Shown: positions 50,401 to 64,000 of the stretch, in pieces
Numbering within the stretch: the first letter of the stretch is position 1
Layout: each line of letters opens with the position of its first letter
Origin: Perna viridis
Taxonomy: Eukaryota
Direction of reading: 5' to 3'
DNA: 64,000 nt
Assembly (NCBI GenBank): GCA_037379345.1
Contig: CM074516.1
Span: 44,491,626 to 44,555,625 of the forward strand
Program-made: the position numbers and the translations under genes
Notes under the pieces: model-generated
The model's input: the letters and a program-made list of their open reading frames with translations, nothing else
Told to the model about the DNA's origin: nothing
Databases searched by the model: none

Positions 50401-53400
50401 CATTTGTGCCATTTTGGATTTGAAAGTAAGCCAAAATTAGTGACAGAGAATATTTGAGGATTAGTGTCTTTGATTTTGTTAGGTCTTGAAAAGTACATGT
50501 AAGGAGTTATTTAGACTAACAAAAATAACAAGTTTTTAATTTATTTAGTTGTTCTGGCATTAGATGCTTTCTTGGTCTCTGATTAAATATTAAAAAATGT
50601 GTGATGTTTTTGGATCAATCCTTCTTAAATTTTTAAATTTTATATAAGAATTTGTTCCAAAACATAATTTCTTGGAATGTATCAAAGGGAATCTATAATT
50701 TTTATTTTGAAAGAATGTCAGTTATATTATTGTTTTGAAAGGTCTGTACAGTGTAGAATGTATCTGTAAGTTACCATATTAGTTTCAAAGTTAAGTTAAT
50801 CTTAATTGTTTAAAATGGTCATGCATGTATCTTTCTCCATTGTTAGGCTTTATTTATGGAGTTGCTGCATTGTATAAGGCAGCAATATTACTCAAGTAAA
50901 TGTACATTTTATTATTCTTTTCAAAATGTCATTGAAAGTGAAAGTAAATAAATCAAATAAACCCCAGACATAGTACCTGTAATTTGTTTTTGATTAAGTG
51001 GTAAATATTCTATTACCTGTACCTGAATGAACTTCGGCACTACATACAGATTATGTTAATTAGCCATGTGCTTTTGTGTGAATTTGATTGGTCATCGAAG
51101 GATGTCAACTTACTACAGTGTGTAAATAGCTTTGGAGATTATTGTCATTCAAGATAATAGAAACTGATATGTTCCAGTTAAGTGACTGGCTTTGTTAGTT
51201 TTCCAATATTTATTATGACATTGAGGCAATAAGATTACAGGCCCTTTGTATGTGGTAAAAGTAAACTTTTCAGTACATTGGTGATATATATGTTTTGTAG
51301 TTACCCTGTACTGGTGATTTTCATCCTTGATCTTTTTTATATTTGTTTCTTATTACTTCATTACTTTAAGTCTATGCATTTTTAGTTGAATACTGCATGA
51401 AGTGTTATGTTTTGCAGTTAGTGTTTTTTTTAATGACAAAGTGAATAATAAAAAAGCCCTAAAGGTACATGAAAAGTTGTGTCTCCCTTTAATTAAAAAT
51501 ATTTCTGTTGACAATAACATTCCCTATAAACAATAGGGTCAATATTTTTCTTCGTTTTATTTCTTGTAGTGCAGTGTACAAGGAAAATGTTGGAAACACC
51601 ATGTGCATCATTCTGTCTGTCTAAATTTAGTCTCTATCCTGGCAACCACATATACTTACATATGTACTTGATGTGTTTGATTTAGTATATATTGCTTTAT
51701 AGTGATAGGGGAATACATGTATGTCGCAGGCTGTTTTGGTTGCTGTCATATATTTACCTTTTTTTGTAGAACTTTGAATTTTTCAGCACATGTGAATGAT
51801 AGTTATAATGTCAGCTGCAAAAAACCTAAAGTCTAAAAATAAATTTCCATGTTTCCACTAATCCTACCAACACTATTTTTTTTGTGCTTACCCTAAAGAT
51901 TTTTTGCTATTTTGACAAGCATTATGAAAGTGTCCAAAACAAAGCTGGCAAGAACTTCTGAAAAAATTGAGTTAGTTTTGCTACCCATCATTTTCATTTT
52001 TTTTTTAAGCACAAGTAATTTTTAGCTCACCAGGCCACAGGCCATCTGAGCTAGTGCTATCACTGGGCGTCCGTTGTTGTCGTCCGTCCTCGTTAACAAT
52101 TGTATAAAACTTTTCTCCTCTGTTACTACTTGACTGATTAGAACCAAACTTGGTATAAATGTCCCTTGGGATATCTTGCATAGTACTGGTATGGGAATTT
52201 TTGATTTGTCGAAAAACATAGCCGCCATTACTAAAAATAGAACATAGGGGTCAGACAGTAGTTTTTCACATGTATCTCCAAAACCTTTAGATTTAGCTAA
52301 ATTCTAACTGAAATAAAAGTGTTCAGCATGATGAGATCTATCTGATTAAGTTTTGGTTTTAATCCGTTCAGCCATGTTGGAGTTGTTGCCCTTTTTCAAA
52401 GATTATGCTATTTTTAATGTTATTTCTCTCAAAAATCTCCTCTTACACTACTTGACCAATTGAAACCAAATTTGGTATGAATGTTTCTTGGGGTATCCTG
52501 CATAGAATTTGTCTGGGGATTTTTGATTCATCGAAAAACTTGGCCGCCATTACTAAAATAGAACATAGGGGTCAGACAGTAGATTTTTAAACATATCTCC
52601 AAAACCGTTAGGTTTAGCTAAATTCTGATGTACAGTGAAAGTGTTTTGCATGATGAGATCTATCTCTGGTCATATTTTGATTATAATCCGTTTAGCCGTG
52701 TTGGAATTGTTGCCCTTTTTCAACAATTTTTGGTATTTTTAATGGTGTTTCTTTCAAAAATCTCCCCTGACACTACTTGACCAATTGAAACCGAACTTGG
52801 TATGAATGTTCCTTGTGATATCCTGCATAGAATTGATGTGGGGAATTTTGATCCATCAAAAAACATGGCCCCATTACTGAAAATAGAACATAGGGGTCAG
52901 ACAATAGTTTTTCGCATTTATCTCAAAACCGTTAGGTTTAGCCAAACTCTTTCAATTGCTGAAATGATCCTTATTATAAGGCCTTCAAAAGTATTCAGGG
53001 ATCGAAGTTGTCAGGTAACTCCTTATAAGAGTTATTGCCCTTGAAAGATGATTTTTTTTTTGGTTTTCAGCCAATATCTTGAAACCTATAATAGATAGAA
53101 AGAAACTTTCATTTGCTGAAATGATCCTTATGACAAGTCTTCTTGAGTCAAAATTGTTGGACATCTTGTTAAATTTATTACCCTTGAAAGACTAACTTGA
53201 ACCAGGTGAGCAATTCAGGCTCCCGGGAGCCTCTTGTTTCTTTGTCCTATTCAAGTTTATGTCTAGCAGAGAGGGGGTATACATGACAACTCTTAGTAAC
53301 TAAATTAATCCTCTGGTCGTGTTGAAGAAAATCTGAAGACCTGTCTAGCTTCATTAACAGTCATCTTACAAAGTGTTTTGGTTAACAGGTCCTTAATATA

Positions 53401-56400
53401 TTTGCCAGTGTTTTTAAAATGTATTTGGCCTTTGGAAGATTATTTTTAGGATACCTCTATATTTCAGCTGTAGGACCAATAATTAAGTCTGCATGTTGAT
53501 ATTCTAGTGTATATCTGTACTAAAATACTTTGTCCCTTGTCTGGTTTGTTGATAGGGAGGTCCTGATGGGAGCCAGCAGAGATCCAGTTTCTCACCTAAT
53601 TATCCAATGATGGCTGGAAATCAATATGGGCCTGGCCAGTTTTCCCCCAACTCCCGGTTTGGTATGAGCTCTACACCAGCTAGACAGCAGCCAAGTGCTG
53701 GTTACAACAACCAGGTAATGTTTTTAGAACTGTTTATTTTATTAAGTATGTTTAAATGGCAACCTTTTCAAGTTTGTTGTTTTTTGTTCCTGCTGCCTGA
53801 TATTTCTGGCTCCTCTCATGATACTGAAAATTATTGGTTATTTCCAGTGACTATGTTACATGTACATTTGTATGTCAAATGGACAATGATGTCCCAAGTA
53901 ACAGAATGGCATCAGTTTTGAACATCTTGACATAACATCACAATTCACCCTTTTCAGATTGCTGTGATATTTTCTGTCTTGACTTCAAACCTTGTGACAT
54001 TCTGAATGTACTTTGTTTTTTTTTTGTTTGTTGTTTTTTTGTTAAATATTTTAAAGTTAGTTAGCTTTGTATGTGGGTTATAGAATGATTGAAGTAAGCA
54101 TCAGTTGGTGTTGGCATGATGGGAGATTCTCTACGTAATTTACTTTAATGGTCATGGTAAAATACTTCATGTTATAACATGGTGCTATAGGAATCTACAT
54201 CAGAATTTTTTTCATTGAAATTTTAAATTCTGGTATATTGTAACAAGTACAATCTAAGCACTTTTATTGTGCATAGATGGCGCCACAATATGGTCATCAG
54301 CAACCATCCTCCGACCAGTGCGGATATGGTTCTACGCCATCTCAACAGTATCTTCCTCCGTCTTCTCAATCGTATATGCCTCATAATCCATCTCGACAGC
54401 ATACACCAGGAGGACCTACGCCACCACCACCTTCATCAAGAATTTCTCCAGCTCCATCAGATTCATCTAACTCACAGCCACCAGCTCTTTCACCAACTCC
54501 ATCCAGACAACAGACCTCACAGACACCACCAAGTTCAGGGCTCCAACCCACCAGTCAGCAACCTAGCCCAGCTGTAAGTAACATACTTCCAACATCAAGA
54601 TCTTCCTTATATGGTAACATATTGAAGAATGGATTTCTAGAATTAACATATGTTCAAGACTACAACATTTTTTATCATGGATGACTAGATTAAAATTTGG
54701 AAGATTGTAATGAATTGTAGTTTTCAGTACCTGTGATAATGTATACCTTTATCTTCCAGTCTTATATTTGATACAAAAATATATTTGCATTAACGCATTC
54801 ATTTTTACAAGTATTTCATATAATAATGCCTTTTATGCAAGAGAAGTTGGTAAACACAAATTATTTTGATTAAGAAAAGCTTAGGGCTTATTTTGGAAAA
54901 AAAAATATGAAAAATCCAAAATTAGGTGCAGAAAGAGTCCAATTTCTATCCAAATGGTTAAACAGTGCATGAACTGTTGGTTTAGGGCAGGATCAGTCAT
55001 GGCACTAAGGTCAAACTTGTCACAAATTTTGAAAAATAAGTGATTATGCTGCAGGAATTTTAAGTATTTCTTTCTACAAGAAACATATCAATGTAAACAT
55101 ATAGATAAGTTATTTCACATTTTCATACCAAGGAGAGCAGGGACTGTCCATCATATTTTGCCTAGTAGCTGTGAAATGGCTCTGTATACTTATTTTAGTA
55201 TCCTTTTTTTCAGGGGAGTAATTCTAGTTGGAGTGGTACTAACAATAGTAACACAAATAAACGGAATGGGGATGACAATGAATTAATGCCAGGGGTAAGT
55301 TCTAAGATTTATATTTTGTGTCTTATCAATAATTTTGTGTATGCCTGTGCTCTCCTAATAATTTTAACTGCTAGGCAAAGCATAAAACTGGGCTTTTTTC
55401 TGAAAATGATAGAAGGTGCCAAAACAGTAATTTAACCAGTATTTGTTACAGTGCTGTAGGAATGTTGAACTTATGTTTCAATGGGAAAGATTAAAATGAA
55501 AGTTTCTCTTTGGAAAGGAAAAAGTCCAACCTGAAAATGACTGCCTCATTCACTTTCATTGGATGACTAGATTTTGAAATCTTAGAACATTGTATCCTAG
55601 GAATGGTAGTCTCTATGTCTGCAGAAGTATGTACTCAGTACTTCTACTCTATAGATATACCTTAGGCCTTAAAATAAAATTTTTGTTTGATTTCTATTGG
55701 TCTATAAAGACCAATGTCAGAACTGGTAACTAAATCAAATATTATTTTATTAAATTTGCAATTGTGTAGCTTGCAAGATTAACTGGCATTGTTTCCTTAC
55801 AAACGATAAAATATTACACAACTTACCTACCACACCTGGCTTTGTTGGGTTTGGATTGAGAAAAAAACTAAGATTAAGGTGCCTTTTTACCAGCAAAAAA
55901 ATAATTTTCTGTATTGATCATTTTATGGTATAAATTTATAAAATTGATGTAAAAGGTTGATGTAAGAAAATGGTCTCCTGGCTCTCTGTTGTTGGGTTTT
56001 TTTTTCTAATCAGCGACACAACAATCTGGCAATATTGTCTTTTAGATTTTGCTATATTGTACTGGTTTTTTCAAGTGAGTTAAAACTAATTTAAGCTTAA
56101 ATTTGTGTCCAATTCATGTAGTATGGATTTTGATAGTCCACCCTTTATCAATTATCTTATTTACCAGGACTATGTGAAGTCAGCTCCTTATTTGACAATT
56201 CACTTTTTTCATTTAGAATGACATCTGTTTGTATGGTTATAGATCTTCCTTTGTTTGTCATCACCCCCCCCTCCCTTTCTGGGGAAAACTGTAAGGCAAT
56301 AAGTATTTAGTCTTGTATTGTAATATGTGATTACACTTAATCTTATTGTTTTATCAATTCTGATCTCTTTAGTTTTGTAAATTAGGCACTAAACCTTTTA

Positions 56401-59400
56401 CATTTAAAAAGTCTGTTAATTCTTTAATGAAATTAAAAACAACATTAAAATTCTCTGATTATTTTTGGTGATATGTCTTGAAGATAATTTCAGTATAGAT
56501 TATTGAAGAGAGATTGTTTTATTCAAATTTGTTTTGAAAAAGAAGATTTTATCCTTGAAGCAATTGAATTATCTAGATCAATAATGTCAACTTTATTAAT
56601 TACCACTGAACTAAAATCAATTATATAGTATCAGTTTTGTCTTCATTTGACAGACATATTCATTAAGAAATAGTATGTGCATTAGTACAGTCAAATTCAG
56701 TATGAGAATTTTGGTTTTCATAGTAAAATTCAAAGCCTGTATATAACGTGTGGAGAATTTATTGAACAAACTACACATCTTGCTGATAACCAAGCCTCGA
56801 TACCACACATTCAGCTGGTAGTATTGATTTTCTCCCCTTCAAGTTAAAGCTGTTGTTTATCTTAACCAATACAGCAATTTCATGTGTTTTTCTTCAGTTC
56901 TTCCCACCGTCAGTCTTCAATGTTAACTGCATGAAGTAATGTTTATCAAAAAAAGACATTTCAAATATATATGGTGACAAGTGCAAAAAATAATTTGATT
57001 TTAATGATGATAAAATTAAGTGATATTGATTTCCTTTGTTTAATGAGTTATAAGTTTGATGAACACAGGGACATTGAAATCAAATTGATTTAGACTATCC
57101 AAAATTAACATCTTTTAATCTTCTAAGTTCTATTTCTGATAAGGAATAATAAGGCTAAGGTAATTAAATTCTTCTTTTCATCTCTCTTTGTGTTGAACAA
57201 AGGAGATTACTTTAAACTTTTTTGGAATAGACTATAGGCTATACGTATTCTGACACTAGAGCCCTACAGGGCCGAGCCCATAATTGACTGAGGTTTGATA
57301 AATGCTAGAAGATTGTATTGCGTCCCTTCTTGCCTGAATACAAGCTTTTGAAAGTTGAAAGAAATTTTGGACCAGTCCATTGTTAGAGAAAAGGGGTAAG
57401 ATTTTGTAGTGTTAGAAATCATTTTGCAAAGTATTACTTAGAATTTTAACATTATTATTTAAATTTATTAATTTTAAGTATTTACATGGGGAAAAAAAAG
57501 TTAGTGAAAAAAAATGAAAACATTCCTGGTATATGCTACATCACATGGTCTCCCAACTGTTTTTCGTGTATTGATTGTGTAGAGGAGATATTTTTGGAAT
57601 CCTTTATTCAGGCGGCATACACAGCTGAACATACAAGCTCTGGTTGTTGTATAGGGGAACAGTACAGGTAAATTTGTTTTAAATGTCTGTTTTTAACATT
57701 GCTTTGCATTAAAAAGTCTGGTTATGTAATCTGTAATAAAAATTGAATTTTTTTGTCGTAAGGAATTTGAATTAATTAGTATTCACTGATCAAAAACTGT
57801 TAATTATGAGAAATTAGTTTTGAAAAAAAAATCCTTTGTTTTTGCCCAGTTGAATTCAGTAAAAAAATTTATTTTGCCTACAATATCCTTGTTAGGAAAA
57901 ATATACTTATAGTATTATCATAGTGGTATTGATTTTGAAAATTTCTTATTTATGGCCTTCAGTGAAAATGCCATGTGCTAATTACAATTCCACCTGTGAT
58001 GGGTTAAAGTGAAAGTAGCTGGGAGTATCAGCTGGTTGATTAGTCTATACAGCTGCTTATTTAACTTGTTGATATATATCTCTGCTTTTAGTTGGTAATA
58101 ATCAGAAATCTCATTTGTCTTGGTAATGAAACATTTGGCTCAGTAATCTTGGAAATGAATTTTGTCTAAAGTTGGTAGCAATTATCTTAAATGAACTTGT
58201 TCACTTATTTAACTATGACCATTAGTTATGTTTTAAGTTGTATTTACCCAGGTTTTAAAGTTTTTGGGTAATCCTGTTATTAGAGAAAAAAAGTAACTCC
58301 TCCAAACAACTTGATTTTTTTTTCTAAGGAGAGTTATATTTTCTGCCTTTTTTTCTTCCTTTCTTTTTTTTTTTGGGGTCAAATTCAAACTCTACTTGCT
58401 AGATATATAATGTTTTCTGACTTTTTGAAAGTTGGTCTCATAATGGAGTTGAAGTGTTCACTGGTATGTCATGCTTTCCAGTTTTTTTTTTAATCCATGT
58501 TTTTTTTTTTAGCTTTATATTGTAGAATCATGTGCTTAAATAATACATTAAAAAATTATGAAGTAGAAAATTATTCAGGCGATGTGTTATAGGTTTTTTT
58601 AATTTAAGGTTGCCATAGGGAGCCTCAACAAGAAGATTTACTTTCCCCCACTTGAAGTTAGCTTTTCAATTTCACAAATCTTTCAAAACTTCAAATTTTC
58701 TACTTGCCAAAGGGAAAGTGGTACATTTTTTAACAATGCTCCAACATCTAAATTGCACTCGCCCTGGGTGACAGGAAAGTGGAATCCTAGAACACTGCAA
58801 AGTTATTAAAGGTTCAGGCCAGTAAAATTATAGCCATGTTAATGAAATCTTTCAAAGCTAGTTACATTGTACATTTATTTGAAAAAAAAATGATTGTCAA
58901 AAGTTGTTTATCACTCATTGAGAAAGAGAATATAGTAACGAAAATCGTATTGTATGATTTTCTGTAGCCCACTCCAAATCTATATAAGATTAAATGAATT
59001 CAAAATATCAAAACTGGGAGTGAAGTTAGTGCTACTGTTAAATCTTGTAAATATAGTTTTTTATAAAAACTACTTATTAAGACATAGAATAGACTCTTTC
59101 ATGCAACTGCAGAGTATTCAAAGAGCATGCTTAGTATACAATGTCCATATAACAAATCTAAATGTTCTTATTTCACTTGAACCCCAGCATGTTTCTTTGA
59201 ACAGTTGAATTGTCTTTATCTGTTTCACAGCTGTTACATAAACAAATAAGTCTACAACACTGTATACCATTCTAGGTTTATCAAAATTAAACATAGCAAT
59301 ACAGTTTGATGTACATATAACTGTCTTATTGATGTTATTATGACTATAGTCATTCTCTCCCTTTAGGAACTACACTCCACACCCCAATAGTAGTTTTCTA

Positions 59401-61533
59401 GATGACCATACAATCATAAACATTCATCTACTTGTTAAGCAAATAGGATCTGTTGGTCAGTTAGTATGAATATTCAATTGCCTTACTAATTTTCTGGATG
59501 ATTTTGAACTAAAATTTGTTGTACTATGAGAACTTGGAAAGTAAAGAAGTCAAGTGAGTTAAGATTCTAGTTGATATTAAGAAGGTTTAATCTATACTAC
59601 ATATATGGTGTACAATCCACCCAAACAATTTGTTTCCACCTTTATTTCACTAAAACACAGCATTAAATACCTTATTGTTATGGTAATGAAAAAGATGAAC
59701 GAGTGCATGATATAGTGCTATCCATTGGTCAGTACACAATTGACCTTTTCTCAGGTGGCTCCAGATCAGTTTCTGATCAATATAGTTTAGTCAACAGATG
59801 CTGGCTACAATCTGTTATAGGAGGTAAAATCTCAAGCTTAAAGCAAATTATGATGTTAAATGAAGATATGTATGTAATTAAGAATTTAATCTGCAGTATT
59901 AATGAAAAGTAAAGTTAAAAGAGATAATGTAAAGTACTTGTAGGATGAGTTTTTTACTTTAATGGACAATTACTCCTAATGATTAAAAAAAATCCACTGA
60001 GATGCCATAGTTACTTATTAAGTATTTGTAAGTATTTTAATATTAATTGTTAATCAAGTATTGATAAGAATAAATAGTTAATCATTTCTGTTAAAAAAAA
60101 CAAAATGATTAATTTATGACACCAAAAATCAATAAGCTGGCATTGGACTAAAATATGTTCTGAGATATTGAGCAATTTTCCCATACCCATTACCTGTTTA
60201 AAAGGCCTTTTAAATTATATCATAAAATTTCTCTGTATAACTGGTCTGTTAGGCCTAGACTACAGACCTTTTATTTCATGTTCTACCTGAACGATCTGTA
60301 CAACACAGGTAACATAGCTGGAAATACAAGGTATTGTGTGCTTCATATCAAGCCTTTGATAAGCCCATATTATAGTCTGTTTCAGATTTTATTATTAGTT
60401 TGAAAAACATCTTTATTTTAATGCATTTTACTATTAAATAAACAATTCTTAATGTTCTGAAACTAAATAGTAAGTTTCTGAGGATAATGTAAAATATGGA
60501 CATGTCATATTGACTGAAATAGGGAATTTCTCACAATTGATTTTCAGCCAGTCTTTGTCTGAACCTGTGTATACATTATTCATAGTTGACACATAGGGAA
60601 AAACACAGGTAACACATAGTCAAAGCTGAGATATATTGGACTTGTATAATTCCAGCGCTTAGGTAAATTTTTGTCTTTTCACATAGGGTTATTTGAAATT
60701 GTATTTAATTTAATCATAATTGGGATGAGGTGGACTTTTAATCAGATAGAATCTTTTTAAGTGAATTGTTTGTGTTTTGAGTTATGAAATAGGTGTACTT
60801 CTTGACCTGCTAAAGAATTTTTATCCTTAAAAAAAAATCTGTTTATTCTGTAAATTAAGAGAACTGTTGTATATAAAAAAAGGAAAAACATCAAATTAAG
60901 AAAGTTAACAGACTTTAACAATCAATAATTGGTTCCAGAGAAACTTTGAGTGGGGCAATCAAGGGGAATTCTGAGAATAGATTGAAGTAGTGAGATTTTT
61001 TTATTACCAGTATACTTCTCTGAGAAATTAAGAACTGTAGTGAAGTATAACATTTCAATTTACTTCTCTAACTAGTTCTATTGTTAATAATAAAAAAAAA
61101 ATAGTAATATATCATAGAAATGTTGAGGAAAAAAGGTACATCGTGTAAAGTGGTTAAAACTGATACAAATTTGGTGAATATATAATTATATCATTGTTTT
61201 ATTTTGAACGTTTTGGAGTAATTAAGTCAAGTAGTTGGTATTGTAGTTATTTTTTTGTTTTTCTTTATCAATAAAATTTTTCAATTTTCATGTAGAGGTT
61301 TAAGTGAATTTATATTAGCTTTAAATTTATATCCCTGCTCTTGATACTTTTGAAACGGGGATATGTAAATGATTAATTTGGTTTTGTAATAAAGGTTATT
61401 TTTTTTCAGGAAACACAGTCTGAAGAACAAGGAGCAGATGGTGTCCAACACCCAGCTGTATCAGCCCTGAGACCAACCCCATCCCCCGTAGGATCCTCAG
61501 GGTCTAGGTCAAATACTCCAGCATCATTACCAG
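47419..61533 (+). CDS. ARID1: AT-rich interactive domain protein 1 (ARID1A/B, Osa/BAF250-like), 5' exons; gene continues beyond the window
   Basis: Exons 47419 (or the ATG at 47506)-48153, 53556-53714, 54277-54573, [55214-55294], 61410-61533, all GT-AG with consistent phase. The Q/P/G/M/Y-rich low-complexity N-terminus carries SGPTPTLNQLLQ (LxxLL motif conserved in ARID1/Osa) and RPTPSPVGSSGSRS (Osa-like). The ARID domain is not in the window. Confidence 0.8.
49928..50300. repeat. Diverged tandem duplication with about 220-bp spacing, in ARID1 intron 1
   Basis: GGTTAGCATTG...CATTAC..AGTTTCC.ATTCA..TACAGG...CCCTGA.ATCT...TTGTTTAA..GGTTCC occurs at 49928 and 50149. Confidence 0.7.
52020..53238 (+). 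mobile_element. Helentron-associated non-autonomous element (HINE/DINE-1-like) with a ~323-bp internal tandem array
   Basis: 5' TTTAGCTCACC subterminal inverted repeat, a (GTCC/GTC) microsatellite, then about 2.6 units of 322-325 bp (ACTACTTGAC at 52125, 52447, 52772). The 3' end has CAGGTGAGC, the palindrome AGGCTCCCGGGAGCCT and CTTGTT; inserted in a T-rich site. Confidence 0.85.
55214..55294 (+). CDS. Putative 81-nt symmetric (phase 0-0) ARID1 exon encoding GSNSSWSGTNNSNTNKRNGDDNELMPG
   Basis: TTTTTTTCAG acceptor, open 27-codon frame, GGG|GTAAGT donor; fits the phase-0 intron 54574-61409. Confidence 0.65.
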
Positions 61534-64000
61534 GTATGTCAAAGTTCAAGGGACAGCTTTTCCTCATTGACAACTATGTTAAATGTTAAAAGTTAACATT
61601 ATCATGGCATTTTTAGAAGTTGAAAGTGTATTAGGTGGAAGTAGTAAATTAGTTAGCATTACAAGTTTCATATTACTAGTTCTGCCCATGTTGTGATGAC
61701 ACTTCGGAAATGATAAGTTCACAGTTAAGTAAGTGGAAGGAATAGTTACACCTTATTAGCTTAGTTATAATAAAGGTGTGAGGAAGAGTGAAGCCTTGTT
61801 CACCATAGGTTAACATGTGATTTATATAGTCGAAACTACAAAATGCATTTCTCTGAGCATACGATATGGAATGTTGTAGTGGCTTGTTAACCTGTCCCCT
61901 TAACATAACTCGCTCTTCTGTTTTGTAAGTCATGGAAAAATCACATTTTTGCATCTTTTTGTGAAAATCCCTATATATTGTGTGAACTTTTCTGCATTAA
62001 ATGTTGACAGAGGACTTGTGTAAAATTGTAAAATTTATAATGCTGGAAATATTATTGAAACAAATTCTAGACCACTGTCTTGTCTTTAAAGTTTTTTAGC
62101 TCAGATTCTGATTTGTTTCAAATTCATATTTTAATTTTTAACTCCTATAATACTAAACTAAGATTTTTCAGTTTGTGAAGTCAAAATATAAAATCTATGA
62201 GAAAAACTTAATGTTAATAATTGACCACTTAGTATGTGCATGTTACTGATTTCAAAGGATTTTTGTCTGGCTGAAAAAAAAGAAAAGAAAAGGTGTACAG
62301 AATTGTAAGACTCGTATCAAATGTCATAAAATTATAAAAATTAGTTCATTGCTGTGGATATATAAAAGATAGCACCTTTGCACTTATCCATGGAAATATG
62401 ATATTGTACAGGTTTTCAAATGATGTGACCTACTGGATGTTCAAATGAGGTTCTTCATTTTCTTATGGAAAATATTCCATTTATTTTCTTCCCACAGTAC
62501 AGGCATCACATTTGGAAAGAATTTATATATTGTTATACCCTAGAATGAAGGGAAACAACTCTAATCTTAATTTTACACAATTTTGGTGCATTGAAGAAGT
62601 TTGAGTGTTTTTTTTTTTTTTGAAGGGGGGATTCGTCCTGGAATCCACATATATGTACCATGAGCTCCGGCTTGTTGCTGATAATTATTTCTAGGAATAT
62701 ATTTTCTTGATCTGGTCATACTAAAGTATTTCCTCACTTTTATGACCTTACAAATATCGTTGCTGGTTTCTGGTCATTGACTAAGTTATTACAGGCAAGT
62801 TTGTGTTTAAAATTCATTACTTGATGATAAACACTTTGGTGCCAAGTTTGACTTAGTAGTTAGACACCGCCTTTACTGGTATATCTGTATGTAAACTAGA
62901 AAAGTCAGAGATTGATGAGTACAAAATAGGTGACTAGATCTCTTAACACCAATAGAATTATAATCATCAGAAGTAAATGATAAACTTACCTTCACTGTGT
63001 CCTATAATCTCAATATATGATAGTACATTGTATAACATATTTGTATGTAATCTTTACAATATTTCAATTCAATATTCATGTCATTCAATATGTGACACCT
63101 GATGCATGAATTAAAATTGGAAACAATATCTAAGACGTAACCCGATATGAATAAAAAGTTGTTTATAGTGGGGGCGTGTGGTTAGGTCACAAGGTTATCA
63201 TGTCTCTCATCTCAAAGAATGTATATTGTGCCAAATAGGGTATTAATTATACTGTTATCTATCAAGGTCACAACTTGTAGGAAATGAATTACTACAAAGG
63301 TCAAACCATCAATAGAAAGTTGAACAAAAGGACGTTTTTTTCAACCAAGTCATTTAAAGAAATCTTACATGCTGACCTATTCATAATCTATAAGTCAATC
63401 AGGTGTAGAACTTATATATTTCACAATGGGAGATTTTACATAGTAAATCTTAAGTAGGAAACATCTGGTTTATTGTTTACCTAAGGTGATAAGTACTAAA
63501 AAGAATTATTTTAAAAGTTAGGGGATTTCCCATCATCTATTATCATTAGATAAATTGGTTTCCCCCTAAAGCTAATTATAGACAATAAAGTGTTGCTAAG
63601 TAAATGAAGGTCATGATCCTATAGAACAAACACCTGTTAAATGATTTATTGTTTGTTTACATACATCATGAATGACATCAGAGAGACTTCAGCCAAGACA
63701 TACATGTAATAAATTCACACGAAGATTAATTTATCAACCTTGACAGATAAAAAATTCAATTAAAAAACCACATGTCTTTAGTAATTATTTCAATGACTTC
63801 CTATTATATAAGCTGATAAGCCCCAGCATCTCAAAGAATTTTTTCACCTAATGCAGCATAATAATTGCATAAAAAAATCAATGCAAGGCATTTAATGAAG
63901 TGGTTTGTTGTAATTATTTCAAGTTTATTGGATCAGTTCACTTTTTATGATAGTTAAATGCAAAGTGCTTTAACAGACCTCATAAAAATTCCATTATGAG

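Overview
AT-rich, intron-containing animal genomic DNA. It is most likely a bivalve mollusc, possibly a mytilid, inferred from repeat families I recognise and not from a database search. Three spliced genes were reconstructed by hand with GT-AG boundaries and consistent reading-frame phases. (1) The last 20 exons of CFAP47 on the + strand (1-13934). (2) A complete 7-exon NOLC1/Nopp140 gene on the - strand (30190-18426, about 968 aa), with a recently expanded 105/108-bp coding repeat. (3) The 5' part of an ARID1/Osa SWI/SNF-subunit gene on the + strand (47419 to beyond 61533). The roughly 17-kb gap between the divergent NOLC1 and ARID1 starts is filled with decayed mobile elements: CR1-group, L2, RTE-X-like and Naiad-type Penelope-like retroelements, plus MITEs. 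Introns carry a pogo-like MITE and Helentron-like (HINE) elements. The most unusual observation is intronic minisatellites built from an exon end plus its 5' splice site, in both CFAP47 and NOLC1, which create runs of duplicated splice donors. In CFAP47 most units also carry a U1-like ACTTAC that could fold back and mask the unit's own decoy donor. Most ORFs in the supplied track are exon fragments, repeat artefacts or noise.
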